A stretch of DNA of 64,000 nucleotides. It comes from Candidatus Cloacimonadota bacterium (lineage in GTDB: Bacteria; Cloacimonadota; Cloacimonadia; Cloacimonadales; TCS61). Every line of letters begins with the position of its first letter. Position 1 is the stretch's first letter. The stretch is from positions 3,967 to 67,966 of the forward strand of contig JABGOP010000003.1 in NCBI GenBank assembly GCA_018645365.1. The letters run 5' to 3'. Made by a program: the position numbers and the translations under genes. Of the stretch, positions 44,861 through 53,326 are shown piece by piece. The notes beneath the pieces were generated by a model that ran no database searches, had not been told where the DNA came from, and saw only the letters and a list, made by a program, of their open reading frames with translations.

Positions 44861-47824
44861 ATGAAAAAAATATTATTTGTTTCAATTTTAATGCTCAGTT
44901 TACACTTGTTTGCCACTGAAAAAGGAAAAATCGCCGGCAGAATTGTTTTTGAAAATTCTGATCAACCCATCGAAAATGTCGCAGTTTCACTCGAAACTTT
45001 AGAAAAAGGAACTTATTCAAAAGAAAACGGAACTTACATTTTGCGAGATGTTCCCGCTGGAAATTACCTACTCAAATTCAGTTTACTGGGATTTCAAACA
45101 AAATTGCTGGAAATTACTGTAAGTAAAGATGAAACAACCATCGCAAATGTGGAACTTGCTCAAAAAGCCATCAAAATTGAAAACATCAATGTTTCGGCAA
45201 ATCGTGCCACAAAAAGGGAGACACCGATTGCGTTTACTAACATTTCTGAAGATGAAATCTCCGATAAATACACAACCGAAGATATGCCACAACTTTTGGA
45301 CGATGTGCCAGGTTTGTTTGCGAACACGACCGGCTTGGGTGATGCACAAATCACAATGCGCGGTTTTGAAGCCGATAAAATACAAGTGTTAATTAACGGA
45401 ATTCCAGTGAATGACCCCGAAAGCCAAAAAGTATATTGGTCAAATTGGACGGGACTAACTTCAAATGTAAAAACTGTTCAAGTACAAAAAGGTGCGGGCT
45501 CATCACTTTACGGTTCGGGTGCCTTTGGCGGTTCGCTAAACATCGAAACAATGGGCTCAACGCCCCAAAGTGAAATTACCGTTCGCTCATCTTACGGCTC
45601 TTATGCAACAGACGGAAATACAGCTGATGGCAAAGGTGAAATTGTAAATTACGAACCGTTTAACTACAACGTTTTAACGCGTTACAACTCTGGAAATTTA
45701 CTGGGCGGAAAATTTAATTACAGCCTTATGTTGGAAAGAAAAATCGGCGACTATTACATAAATGGTACCAATTATCGCGGTTATTCGTTTGGCTTAGAAG
45801 CACAACACATTTTGGAAAACCACACCTTCAATTACAGCTTTTTGGGTGCACCTCAATCACACAACCAAGTTTATGCTAAATCTGACCCCAAATTATTTGA
45901 AACTTTGGGTAGATCATACAGTCGTAATAACCACGAGTACCAAGAAAATTACTACTTCAAACCACAGTTTTCTGTTCGCGATGAATGGAAAATTTCCGAC
46001 GATAAAGTGATGATGACAAACATCTTCATCACCAAAGGAACCGGTGGCGGAAAATATCTTTCCAACGATAAATTTGACATCGAAACTGGCGAAGTTATGT
46101 TTCACGATGGATTTCTTGACAGTGATGATCCAGCGAACGCAGAATGGTCAGATTTTTCCAGACACGCCCTCTATCTTTACGAAAATTATGGTTTGGAAGT
46201 GGAAGGATTTAACCCACAAGATACTATTTGGTTTGGCTCGATACCAGTAGTAAAACCATCCTATCATGGCACTCACATTTATAGCACTGGCTACGATTTT
46301 TGGCGAAGCCGATACGATTACAGTTGGCGTAACAACCGCATCAGCGACCACCTTCAAATGGGTGCAAACACCTATTTTGAAAATAAATTTAATGATAATT
46401 TAAACATTGTTTTGGGTGGAGAAATTCGCAAATGGCACGCGGACCACATCGGTGAACGAGAAAATTTCAGACATTATAATGCAGATTCATTAGCTTTTCC
46501 AAATTTTGTGGAAACCTACGAAACAATGCAAAAAACTTACGACTACACTTCTGATGTTGCAAATATGTCCACTTTTGCACGGTTCCAAATAAAACCAATC
46601 GAACAAATAAATATTATGATTGACGGGCAATATGGTTATTACACTTCCTCAGTATCGGAAAATCCGATTGAAATCTATGATTTGGGAACTGGCGAACCAA
46701 CTGGACATTTTTTCTACTCCACCAAAGAAATTACAAACGCAGATTCAACCTTGAAATTTTCGACAGAAGACTATTCAAAAGCATATAGTTTTTTCTCACC
46801 TAAATTTGGCGTAAACTATAATATCTCAGAATATTTTAATATTATTGCTAACTATTCCATTGCCTACAAAGAACCACGCACAAAAGAGTGGTACGATGGT
46901 TACAACGGTCCAGACGGAAACCAAATGTACACAAAAAATATCGTTATCTATGATGATTTGGGAAACCCAATTGACAACCAAGATGAAGAACATTTTTACG
47001 GTGAATTGGTACCCGAAAAAATTAACACAATTGAGTTTGGAATTGGCTACGATGGAATTGTTTTTGATTTTGATGCAAACTACTACATCAGCGATTATAC
47101 GGACAAAATCGAATATGTAAATCTGCCTGTCATCGAAGAATATTATGATGCGGAAAATGATTCGATCGGCATCAATGAATATGATACAAATCTCACATTA
47201 AATGCTGGTCAAGCACGCCATCAAGGCTTGGAATTGACCACTAAATTCAAGTATGATAACTTCGATGCAAGCAATTCTGTTACCCTTTCTCAAAACAGAT
47301 GGACAGAGATGAATGTGGAAGAAATTTTTGGTGGTTCTGCCGATGATATAGTGGGAAATGTCGTACCATTTTCACCTGAAACAATAATCAATTTTTCAGC
47401 GGGTTACACTTTCGAAAAATTACCGCTCGATGGTAAATTTCGTTTTGGCGTTTCGGGGAAATATTGGGACGGATATTACGCAAATCACCAAAACGAATAC
47501 GAATGTGTAGAAGATTTGGACGGTGACCATATCGCAGATTTAACATCTACAAAAAGCAGTAAAATACCGTACTTTGCGGAATTGGGAGTTGACTTCAAAT
47601 ACAGCTTCAAAATTGGTGGAAAAGGTGCGTTTGTAAAGTTTGCATTCAACAACATTACTAATCGCGAAAATTTTTCTTCTGCCAACATTCGCAAAGATTA
47701 TAATCGCGGTTATTTCAATGAAGATGGCATATTTGTGGACGATTATTTGACGGCGGTTGAAAACTTATCTTTCACGCCATCACCTTTATTTAATATGTTT
47801 ATGACAATGGAAGTGAAATTCTAA
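44861..47824 (+). CDS. TonB-dependent outer-membrane receptor with N-terminal carboxypeptidase-regulatory-like domain
   Basis: Signal peptide MKKILFVSILMLSLHLFA and a CarboxypepD_reg-like domain (GRIVFENSDQPIENVAVSL...GNYLLKFSLLGF). Plug domain (ITMRGF...QVLINGIPVND), a long beta-barrel and a terminal ...MEVKF. The first ATG (44849) supplies the GGAG Shine-Dalgarno for the ATG at 44861. Confidence 0.9.
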   Translation: MKKILFVSILMLSLHLFATEKGKIAGRIVFENSDQPIENVAVSLETLEKGTYSKENGTYILRDVPAGNYLLKFSLLGFQTKLLEITVSKDETTIANVELAQKAIKIENINVSANRATKRETPIAFTNISEDEISDKYTTEDMPQLLDDVPGLFANTTGLGDAQITMRGFEADKIQVLINGIPVNDPESQKVYWSNWTGLTSNVKTVQVQKGAGSSLYGSGAFGGSLNIETMGSTPQSEITVRSSYGSYATDGNTADGKGEIVNYEPFNYNVLTRYNSGNLLGGKFNYSLMLERKIGDYYINGTNYRGYSFGLEAQHILENHTFNYSFLGAPQSHNQVYAKSDPKLFETLGRSYSRNNHEYQENYYFKPQFSVRDEWKISDDKVMMTNIFITKGTGGGKYLSNDKFDIETGEVMFHDGFLDSDDPANAEWSDFSRHALYLYENYGLEVEGFNPQDTIWFGSIPVVKPSYHGTHIYSTGYDFWRSRYDYSWRNNRISDHLQMGANTYFENKFNDNLNIVLGGEIRKWHADHIGERENFRHYNADSLAFPNFVETYETMQKTYDYTSDVANMSTFARFQIKPIEQINIMIDGQYGYYTSSVSENPIEIYDLGTGEPTGHFFYSTKEITNADSTLKFSTEDYSKAYSFFSPKFGVNYNISEYFNIIANYSIAYKEPRTKEWYDGYNGPDGNQMYTKNIVIYDDLGNPIDNQDEEHFYGELVPEKINTIEFGIGYDGIVFDFDANYYISDYTDKIEYVNLPVIEEYYDAENDSIGINEYDTNLTLNAGQARHQGLELTTKFKYDNFDASNSVTLSQNRWTEMNVEEIFGGSADDIVGNVVPFSPETIINFSAGYTFEKLPLDGKFRFGVSGKYWDGYYANHQNEYECVEDLDGDHIADLTSTKSSKIPYFAELGVDFKYSFKIGGKGAFVKFAFNNITNRENFSSANIRKDYNRGYFNEDGIFVDDYLTAVENLSFTPSPLFNMFMTMEVKF

Positions 47825-48157
47825 TTAGTTTTTTTCTGACATAGCGGAAATTTTTATTTTAAGCTTTTCCACTTTGAACATCGGGTAAAAATCTTTGAGA
47901 TAATCTCTGACAATTTGCTCGATGTTTTCATTTTCATCGATAATTCTTTGAGAAAATACTATCTCTATACTAGTTCCAGAAAACTCTAAATTAACATTAA
48001 ATGATGTCGGTTTTTCGCCCAATAAATTTTCCAAATATTGCGGCAAGGTTTTATCCAATTCGATGGCGGCTTTTATTTTTCGATAAATCTGAAAAGCAAA
48101 ATAGCTTATTCCAACCACAATTGAAAACCCCAAAAAATTATTCATCTTTCTGTTCAT
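47825..48157 (-). CDS. Hypothetical small membrane-anchored protein
   Basis: 110 aa with one N-terminal TM helix (FLGFSIVVGISYFAFQIY). No family was recognised. Confidence 0.45.
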   Translation of the reverse strand: MNRKMNNFLGFSIVVGISYFAFQIYRKIKAAIELDKTLPQYLENLLGEKPTSFNVNLEFSGTSIEIVFSQRIIDENENIEQIVRDYLKDFYPMFKVEKLKIKISAMSEKN

Positions 48158-48171
48158 TTTTTCTCCTCAAC

Positions 48172-48200
48172 AAAAAAACCGTCCCGAAATATCGAGACGG
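48172..48200 (-). terminator. Rho-independent terminator after the T9SS cargo gene
   Basis: The minus strand reads ccgtctcg-atattt-cgggacgg (8-bp stem with one G-U pair) followed by ttttttt. It lies 23 nt after the stop at 48224. Confidence 0.75.
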
Positions 48201-48223
48201 CTAATTATAAAATTTTACATCTC

Positions 48224-49753
48224 TTATTTCAAAAGAATCATTTTCTTTGTCGATGTGTATCTGCCATTCGATTTCATCTTGTAAAGATAAACGCCAGAAG
48301 CTTGATTCTCAGCATTCCAAGTAACCGAATTTTGATTTGAATTAAGGTTAAATTGTTCAATAAGCTGTCCCTTCAAATTGAAAATCTCAATCGAAGCGTT
48401 TGTATTTTCACTCATCGAAAAACTAATTGTAGTTTTAGCATTAAATGGATTTGGATAGTTGTTCAAACCAACGACATCAATTTGATTTTCATCGGCAGAA
48501 CCACCCGCAGCAACCATATCATCAGTCGAACGAGGATGTAAACCATATTCTGCGTAACTGTAATCTACAACTCCAGTTATAGAAGACCACACATCGCCAA
48601 TATTCAGAACGATACCTTCATCATCGAGATAGAAAAAACCATCATCAACTTGGCATTGACCACTACCGTCATTCACAAACCATTGTCCATTTTCGTCTTG
48701 AATTGCGGCAACCGTAGCATCAATAATTTTAACTAAAACACCTTCGTATTCTTCACTATTTGAAAGTGATAAAGTTGAAATTTCAACAGCGTTTGGCAAA
48801 GTATTTCCGACGCTCAATATTTCAAAACCAAAAACATCGGTTAATTCGGTTAAACCGTAATATTCAGAAATTTTTCCCATAATTTCCACTTCGTCACCAA
48901 CAGCTGGAGTGTTTACTGAATCGTAAATATAAAGCCCGTTCCAAGCACCACCATCTGGATCAGAAATGAAGTATCTTTCGCCTACAAAGCCAGTTGCCGT
49001 AACAATGCCCTCCACAGTTACATTCTCTCCATCATAATCGGATGGATAAGTTCCATCTTCACCAGCATTCTGAGTATATTGAACATCAAAAATGTTTACT
49101 AATGGAGGTGGCTCAATCTCTGCGCCAATATCAGTAGCTGAACGAGGATTCACACCGTATTCATCATAAGAATAATCTACGATTCCAATAATGAAATCAA
49201 TCTCTTCGTATAATGTTGCTTCATAGGAAAACATACTATCATCAATTTGACAAGGGACTCCCGAAGTATCAGTTACATACCACTGTCCGTGCTCATCAGC
49301 CTCTTGAGTTACAACAACTGCGTTTAATTCCACTAAACAACCTTCAAATCCTTCTGCATCTGCACCATCAACCAATTCTTCGGTTGTAACAGAAAGCGGT
49401 ACTGGAACCTGATTATCAGAACTAATTAAGGTCATCGTTGCATAACCTATTTCAGTTAATCCATAATATTCGGTAATTGTACCAAATACCTCCACTTCAT
49501 CACCTACACTCGGGTTATAATCATAACTGTAAACATAAATCCCGTGCCATGCTCCACCTTCTGGGTCGCTCATGTAAAACCCTTGCGATGAATTCCCTGT
49601 AACAATCCCTGTAACTGTTACATCTTCGTCATTCATTGGAGATGGATAAGTTCCATCACCCGCGTTAGTTGTAAACTGAATGTCGTAAATTGTTGTTGCA
49701 GACAATCCCACAACCATCAAACCTAAAACAAAAATCACCAAATTTCTTTTCAT
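48224..49753 (-). CDS. Secreted repeat protein with C-terminal T9SS sorting domain
   Basis: Signal peptide MKRNLVIFVLGLMVVGLSA and two homologous modules of about 190 aa. The C-terminal ~80 aa carry the type-A T9SS sorting signature (NNYPNPFNAKTTISF...IEIFNLKGQLI...SGVYLYKMK...TKKMILLK). Confidence 0.85.
   Translation of the reverse strand: MKRNLVIFVLGLMVVGLSATTIYDIQFTTNAGDGTYPSPMNDEDVTVTGIVTGNSSQGFYMSDPEGGAWHGIYVYSYDYNPSVGDEVEVFGTITEYYGLTEIGYATMTLISSDNQVPVPLSVTTEELVDGADAEGFEGCLVELNAVVVTQEADEHGQWYVTDTSGVPCQIDDSMFSYEATLYEEIDFIIGIVDYSYDEYGVNPRSATDIGAEIEPPPLVNIFDVQYTQNAGEDGTYPSDYDGENVTVEGIVTATGFVGERYFISDPDGGAWNGLYIYDSVNTPAVGDEVEIMGKISEYYGLTELTDVFGFEILSVGNTLPNAVEISTLSLSNSEEYEGVLVKIIDATVAAIQDENGQWFVNDGSGQCQVDDGFFYLDDEGIVLNIGDVWSSITGVVDYSYAEYGLHPRSTDDMVAAGGSADENQIDVVGLNNYPNPFNAKTTISFSMSENTNASIEIFNLKGQLIEQFNLNSNQNSVTWNAENQASGVYLYKMKSNGRYTSTKKMILLK
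48518..49693 (-). repeat. Internal tandem duplication (two ~190-aa modules) inside the T9SS cargo gene
   Basis: aa 21-208 (TIYDIQFTTNAGDGTYPSP...GDEVEVFGTITEYYGLTEI...DYSYDEYGVNPRSATDI) parallel aa 220-412 (NIFDVQYTQNAGEDGTYPSD...GDEVEIMGKISEYYGLTEL...DYSYAEYGLHPRSTDDM). The repeat is diverged at DNA level. Confidence 0.75.
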
Positions 49754-49926
49754 AAATTCCTCCTTTTTTCTTGGTTTTGTTTTTGAAAAATATCTACATT
49801 AAAATGTCAAGTGAATTTTCAAATTAATTAAATGCTTGACACCAAAGTCGTTTGTCAAAGTTTTGATGCATTCACTTACAGAAGTGTTGAAATCCTTTTA
49901 TAAAAGGACAATTTTAGGAGAATACT

Positions 49927-51189
49927 ATGGCTGATAAAAGTAATAATCTGTTTCAAGAAAATGTAAAAGATTTGAAAAAAATCGCAAAAAAACTCGAAAT
50001 CTCAAATTTAGAAACATTAAAAAAAAATGAGTTAATTCATAAAATTTTAGAGGTTAAATCCAACCAAGAAGGACTCTCGTTTGTGAGTGGTTGCTTGGAA
50101 ATCATGCAAAATGGTTATGGTTTTTTACGATTTGCAAAAAACAATTACACAGCTGGCAGAAGTGATGTTTACATCTCAACTTCCCAGATAAAATTATTCG
50201 GATTAAAAAGAGGAAATGTTATTTCGGGTCCAGTTCGTGCACCCAAAAAAGATGAAAAATATTATGCGCTCATTCGTGTTGACTCGGTAAATTATGATGA
50301 TCCAAAGGTAAATCAACGTGCCAGATCATTCGAAAAACTTACTCCATATTACCCAGAAGAACGATTGGTCTTGGAATCTAAAAAAGACGACTTCACCGCT
50401 CGTACAATTGACCTTTTCACACCAATTGGAAAAGGACAAAGAGGGCTTATTGTGGCAGCACCTCGAACTGGAAAAACGGTCATTATGCAAAAAATTGCCA
50501 ATGCCATTCTTTCCAATCACAAAGAAGTTTACCTCATCGTGCTTTTGGTTGATGAAAGACCAGAAGAAGTTACCGAAATGAGAAAAATTTTAATTCCTGA
50601 AAATTCGGAAGTTATAAGCTCTACTTTTGATGAAAAACCAGAAAACCACATCAAGGTTGCCGAAATGGCAATTGAAAAAGCAAAACGAATGGTAGAACTA
50701 GGTAAAGATGTCGTCATTATGCTAGACAGCATCACGCGTTTGGCGCGCGCCTACAACATGAACCAACCTTCAAGTGGCAGAGTACTTTCTGGTGGTCTTG
50801 ACGCTGGCTCATTACATCGACCCAAGAAATTTTTCGGTTCGGCAAGAAATACCTTGGAATCTGGTAGTTTATCGATTATCGCAACGGCACTTGTCGACAC
50901 TGGCAGTAGAATGGATCAAGTCATTTTCGAAGAATTCAAAGGAACGGGAAATATGGAATTAGTCTTAGACCGCTCCATCAGCGATATGCGAATTTATCCC
51001 GCTATCGACCTCGTTAAATCTGGCACTCGTAGAGAAGAATTACTCCTTTCCGAATTGGAAATTCAACGAATGTTCGTGTTGCGTAAATTCTTGCGCGAGA
51101 TGAGTCCTTTCAAAGCAATTGAAATGTTGAAAAACAAAATGAAAGTTACCGAAAATAATCAAGAATTTTTGAATTTAATGAGTAAATAA
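49927..51189 (+). CDS. rho: Transcription termination factor Rho
   Basis: Rho N-terminal domain (LKKIAKKLEISNL...ELIHKILE), cold-shock-like RNA-binding domain (GYGFLR) and Walker A AAPRTGKTV. Confidence 0.97.
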   Translation: MADKSNNLFQENVKDLKKIAKKLEISNLETLKKNELIHKILEVKSNQEGLSFVSGCLEIMQNGYGFLRFAKNNYTAGRSDVYISTSQIKLFGLKRGNVISGPVRAPKKDEKYYALIRVDSVNYDDPKVNQRARSFEKLTPYYPEERLVLESKKDDFTARTIDLFTPIGKGQRGLIVAAPRTGKTVIMQKIANAILSNHKEVYLIVLLVDERPEEVTEMRKILIPENSEVISSTFDEKPENHIKVAEMAIEKAKRMVELGKDVVIMLDSITRLARAYNMNQPSSGRVLSGGLDAGSLHRPKKFFGSARNTLESGSLSIIATALVDTGSRMDQVIFEEFKGTGNMELVLDRSISDMRIYPAIDLVKSGTRREELLLSELEIQRMFVLRKFLREMSPFKAIEMLKNKMKVTENNQEFLNLMSK

Positions 51190-51205
51190 ATATCTCTTTT
51201 AAATA

Positions 51206-52396
51206 ATGGAAATACTCTCCCCCGCTGGAAATTTTGAAAAATTAAAGTTCGCCGTGATGTACGGTGCTAACGCGGTTTACGCAGCTGGTAAAATGTTTGG
51301 TTTGCGAGCAAAAAGTGCAAATTTCTCGCATGAAGAGTTAGTTGAAGCAGTAAGCTTTTGTCACGAAAATAGTGCCAAAATTTATATCACTGTAAATATT
51401 TTTGCACATAATTCTGACATTGATAAAATCTCTAATTATCTACAATTTCTGCAAAAAATCGGAGTTGACGCCCTCATTATTTCCGATCCAGCTATCTTTA
51501 ATTTGGCAAAACAATTTGCCCCAAAAATCCCAATTCACATAAGCACACAAGCTAATGTCGTATCGTGGAAATCAGCAGAGTTTTGGCAAAAATTGGGGGC
51601 AGAGAGAATTATTTTGGCGCGCGAACTTTCCATAAATGAGATTCGCGAAATCAAAGAAAAAGTGCAGGGAATAGAGCTTGAAATGTTCGTTCACGGAGCG
51701 ATGTGTATGTCCTATTCTGGACGCTGCTTACTCAGCTCGTTTCTGAACAAACGCGACGCAAACAAGGGTGAATGCACCCAACCTTGCCGCTGGGAATACA
51801 AATTAACCGAAAAAACACGCCCAAACGAACAGTTTCCAATCGAAGAAGACCATTATGGCACCTACATTTTGAATTCAAAAGACCTTTCACTTTTCGATAA
51901 AATCCAACAAATAATTGCTGCCGGAATTGATAGTATAAAAATTGAAGGACGTATGAAAAGTTTGTATTATGTCGCAAATGTAACGCGTGTTTACAAGCAA
52001 GCTATCAATGACTTAACTGCACATAATTCTGTTCTTTTGAAGAATGAATTGAACAAAATAAGCCACCGTGAATATTCGGAAGGTTTTTTTGAAAATTTCA
52101 ATTCTGATGATATGCAAAACCACGAATCTTCTGCATACATTCGCGAATACCAATTTCTCGGAGAAGTGGTTGATATTGATGGTAATTTTGCCACAATTAA
52201 AGTCCGTTCGAAATTTGCAGTTGGTGAAAATATTGAGCTGATTTTCCCAAATTTAGAAGATGATTTTAAAATAAAAGTTACTCAAATTAACGATGAAAAT
52301 AATGAACCAATATTGTTCACAAAACCGAACACAAAAATCAAACTTTTTGTGGGCAAATCAATTCCACACAATGGAATTTTAAGAAAGAAAAAATGA
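51206..52396 (+). CDS. Peptidase U32 family protein
   Basis: EILSPAGNFEKLKFAVMYGANAVY and the Cys-rich ...GAMCMSYSGRCLLSS...ECTQPCR segment typical of the U32 family. Confidence 0.88.
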   Translation: MEILSPAGNFEKLKFAVMYGANAVYAAGKMFGLRAKSANFSHEELVEAVSFCHENSAKIYITVNIFAHNSDIDKISNYLQFLQKIGVDALIISDPAIFNLAKQFAPKIPIHISTQANVVSWKSAEFWQKLGAERIILARELSINEIREIKEKVQGIELEMFVHGAMCMSYSGRCLLSSFLNKRDANKGECTQPCRWEYKLTEKTRPNEQFPIEEDHYGTYILNSKDLSLFDKIQQIIAAGIDSIKIEGRMKSLYYVANVTRVYKQAINDLTAHNSVLLKNELNKISHREYSEGFFENFNSDDMQNHESSAYIREYQFLGEVVDIDGNFATIKVRSKFAVGENIELIFPNLEDDFKIKVTQINDENNEPILFTKPNTKIKLFVGKSIPHNGILRKKK

Positions 52397-53325
52397 TGAA
52401 ACATCTCATCCTATTTTTTATCTTCAGTGTTAGTGGCTTGTGTGCCGACTTAGCACAAGAATTTACTAACTTAAAGAATGCAACCACTCATATTAATGAT
52501 AGTTATCTTACTTTTGCAGAAAACAATAGTGAACATATTTGGGGACAATTAGCATTCTTAGAATTGGCTAAAATAAATATTTTAACAGAAAACTTTAACA
52601 AAGCAAACGATTATTTAGTCAAAATCACTCTGCCCAAAATTTCGGAAAAATATTTTTGGGAAACACAAATAAATTTAGCCCAAAACAATTATCGAGAGGC
52701 GATTATTTCAGCCCAAAAATTCATCATGAAATCGGATGATTTTGACAAAATTGAAATCGCTTACTTTTTCATCGCAGAAGGATATTTTCAACAAAAAATG
52801 TTCAAACGTGCCCTCAATACTTTAGAATCGCTCCGAACCTCCGAATACATCAAAAATGAAATTCCTTTTCTCTACTATAACATGGGGAACTGTTACGAAT
52901 TTATGGGAAGTTTTTCCGATGCCGACAATTGCTACAAAAAAGTGAAACAAGTCGCACCTCACTCAGATGTTTGCAGTTTAGCAGATGAACGAATTTTCCA
53001 ATTACAGAAAAATAATTCGCTAAAATTTGAGGAAAAACCTGAAATTAAATTTGAAAAAATTGAAACGCTAAAAACTAAATTACCTATTCCAACTGATGGA
53101 AAAATTTATTACCAAATTGGTGCGTTTGGCGTGGAAAAAAACGCAAAAAACATGTGGAAAAAAATGAAAGATTTTAAACTAAATTCAATCATGTTCACTA
53201 AAACAAAAAATGGCACGAAACTGTTTGTTGTTGCGGTTGGACCTATCGAAAATGATTTAAAATTAAAAGAAATTTCCGACCAACTCAAGCAAATAAATAT
53301 CAATGGTAATCGCATCGTTAGATGA
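52393..53325 (+). CDS. TPR-repeat protein with C-terminal SPOR domain
   Basis: N-terminal signal or anchor helix and TPR-like helical repeats. The C-terminal SPOR-like domain is YYQIGAFGVEKNAKNMWKKM...FVVAVGPIEN. Confidence 0.75.
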   Translation: MMKHLILFFIFSVSGLCADLAQEFTNLKNATTHINDSYLTFAENNSEHIWGQLAFLELAKINILTENFNKANDYLVKITLPKISEKYFWETQINLAQNNYREAIISAQKFIMKSDDFDKIEIAYFFIAEGYFQQKMFKRALNTLESLRTSEYIKNEIPFLYYNMGNCYEFMGSFSDADNCYKKVKQVAPHSDVCSLADERIFQLQKNNSLKFEEKPEIKFEKIETLKTKLPIPTDGKIYYQIGAFGVEKNAKNMWKKMKDFKLNSIMFTKTKNGTKLFVVAVGPIENDLKLKEISDQLKQININGNRIVR

Positions 53326-53326
53326 T

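Noticed and set aside
49893-49908. 16-nt perfect palindrome tccttttataaaagga just upstream of the rho Shine-Dalgarno
   Set aside because: It is AT-rich and short. Palindromes of this size are expected by chance in such an AT-rich sequence, and there is no supporting feature.
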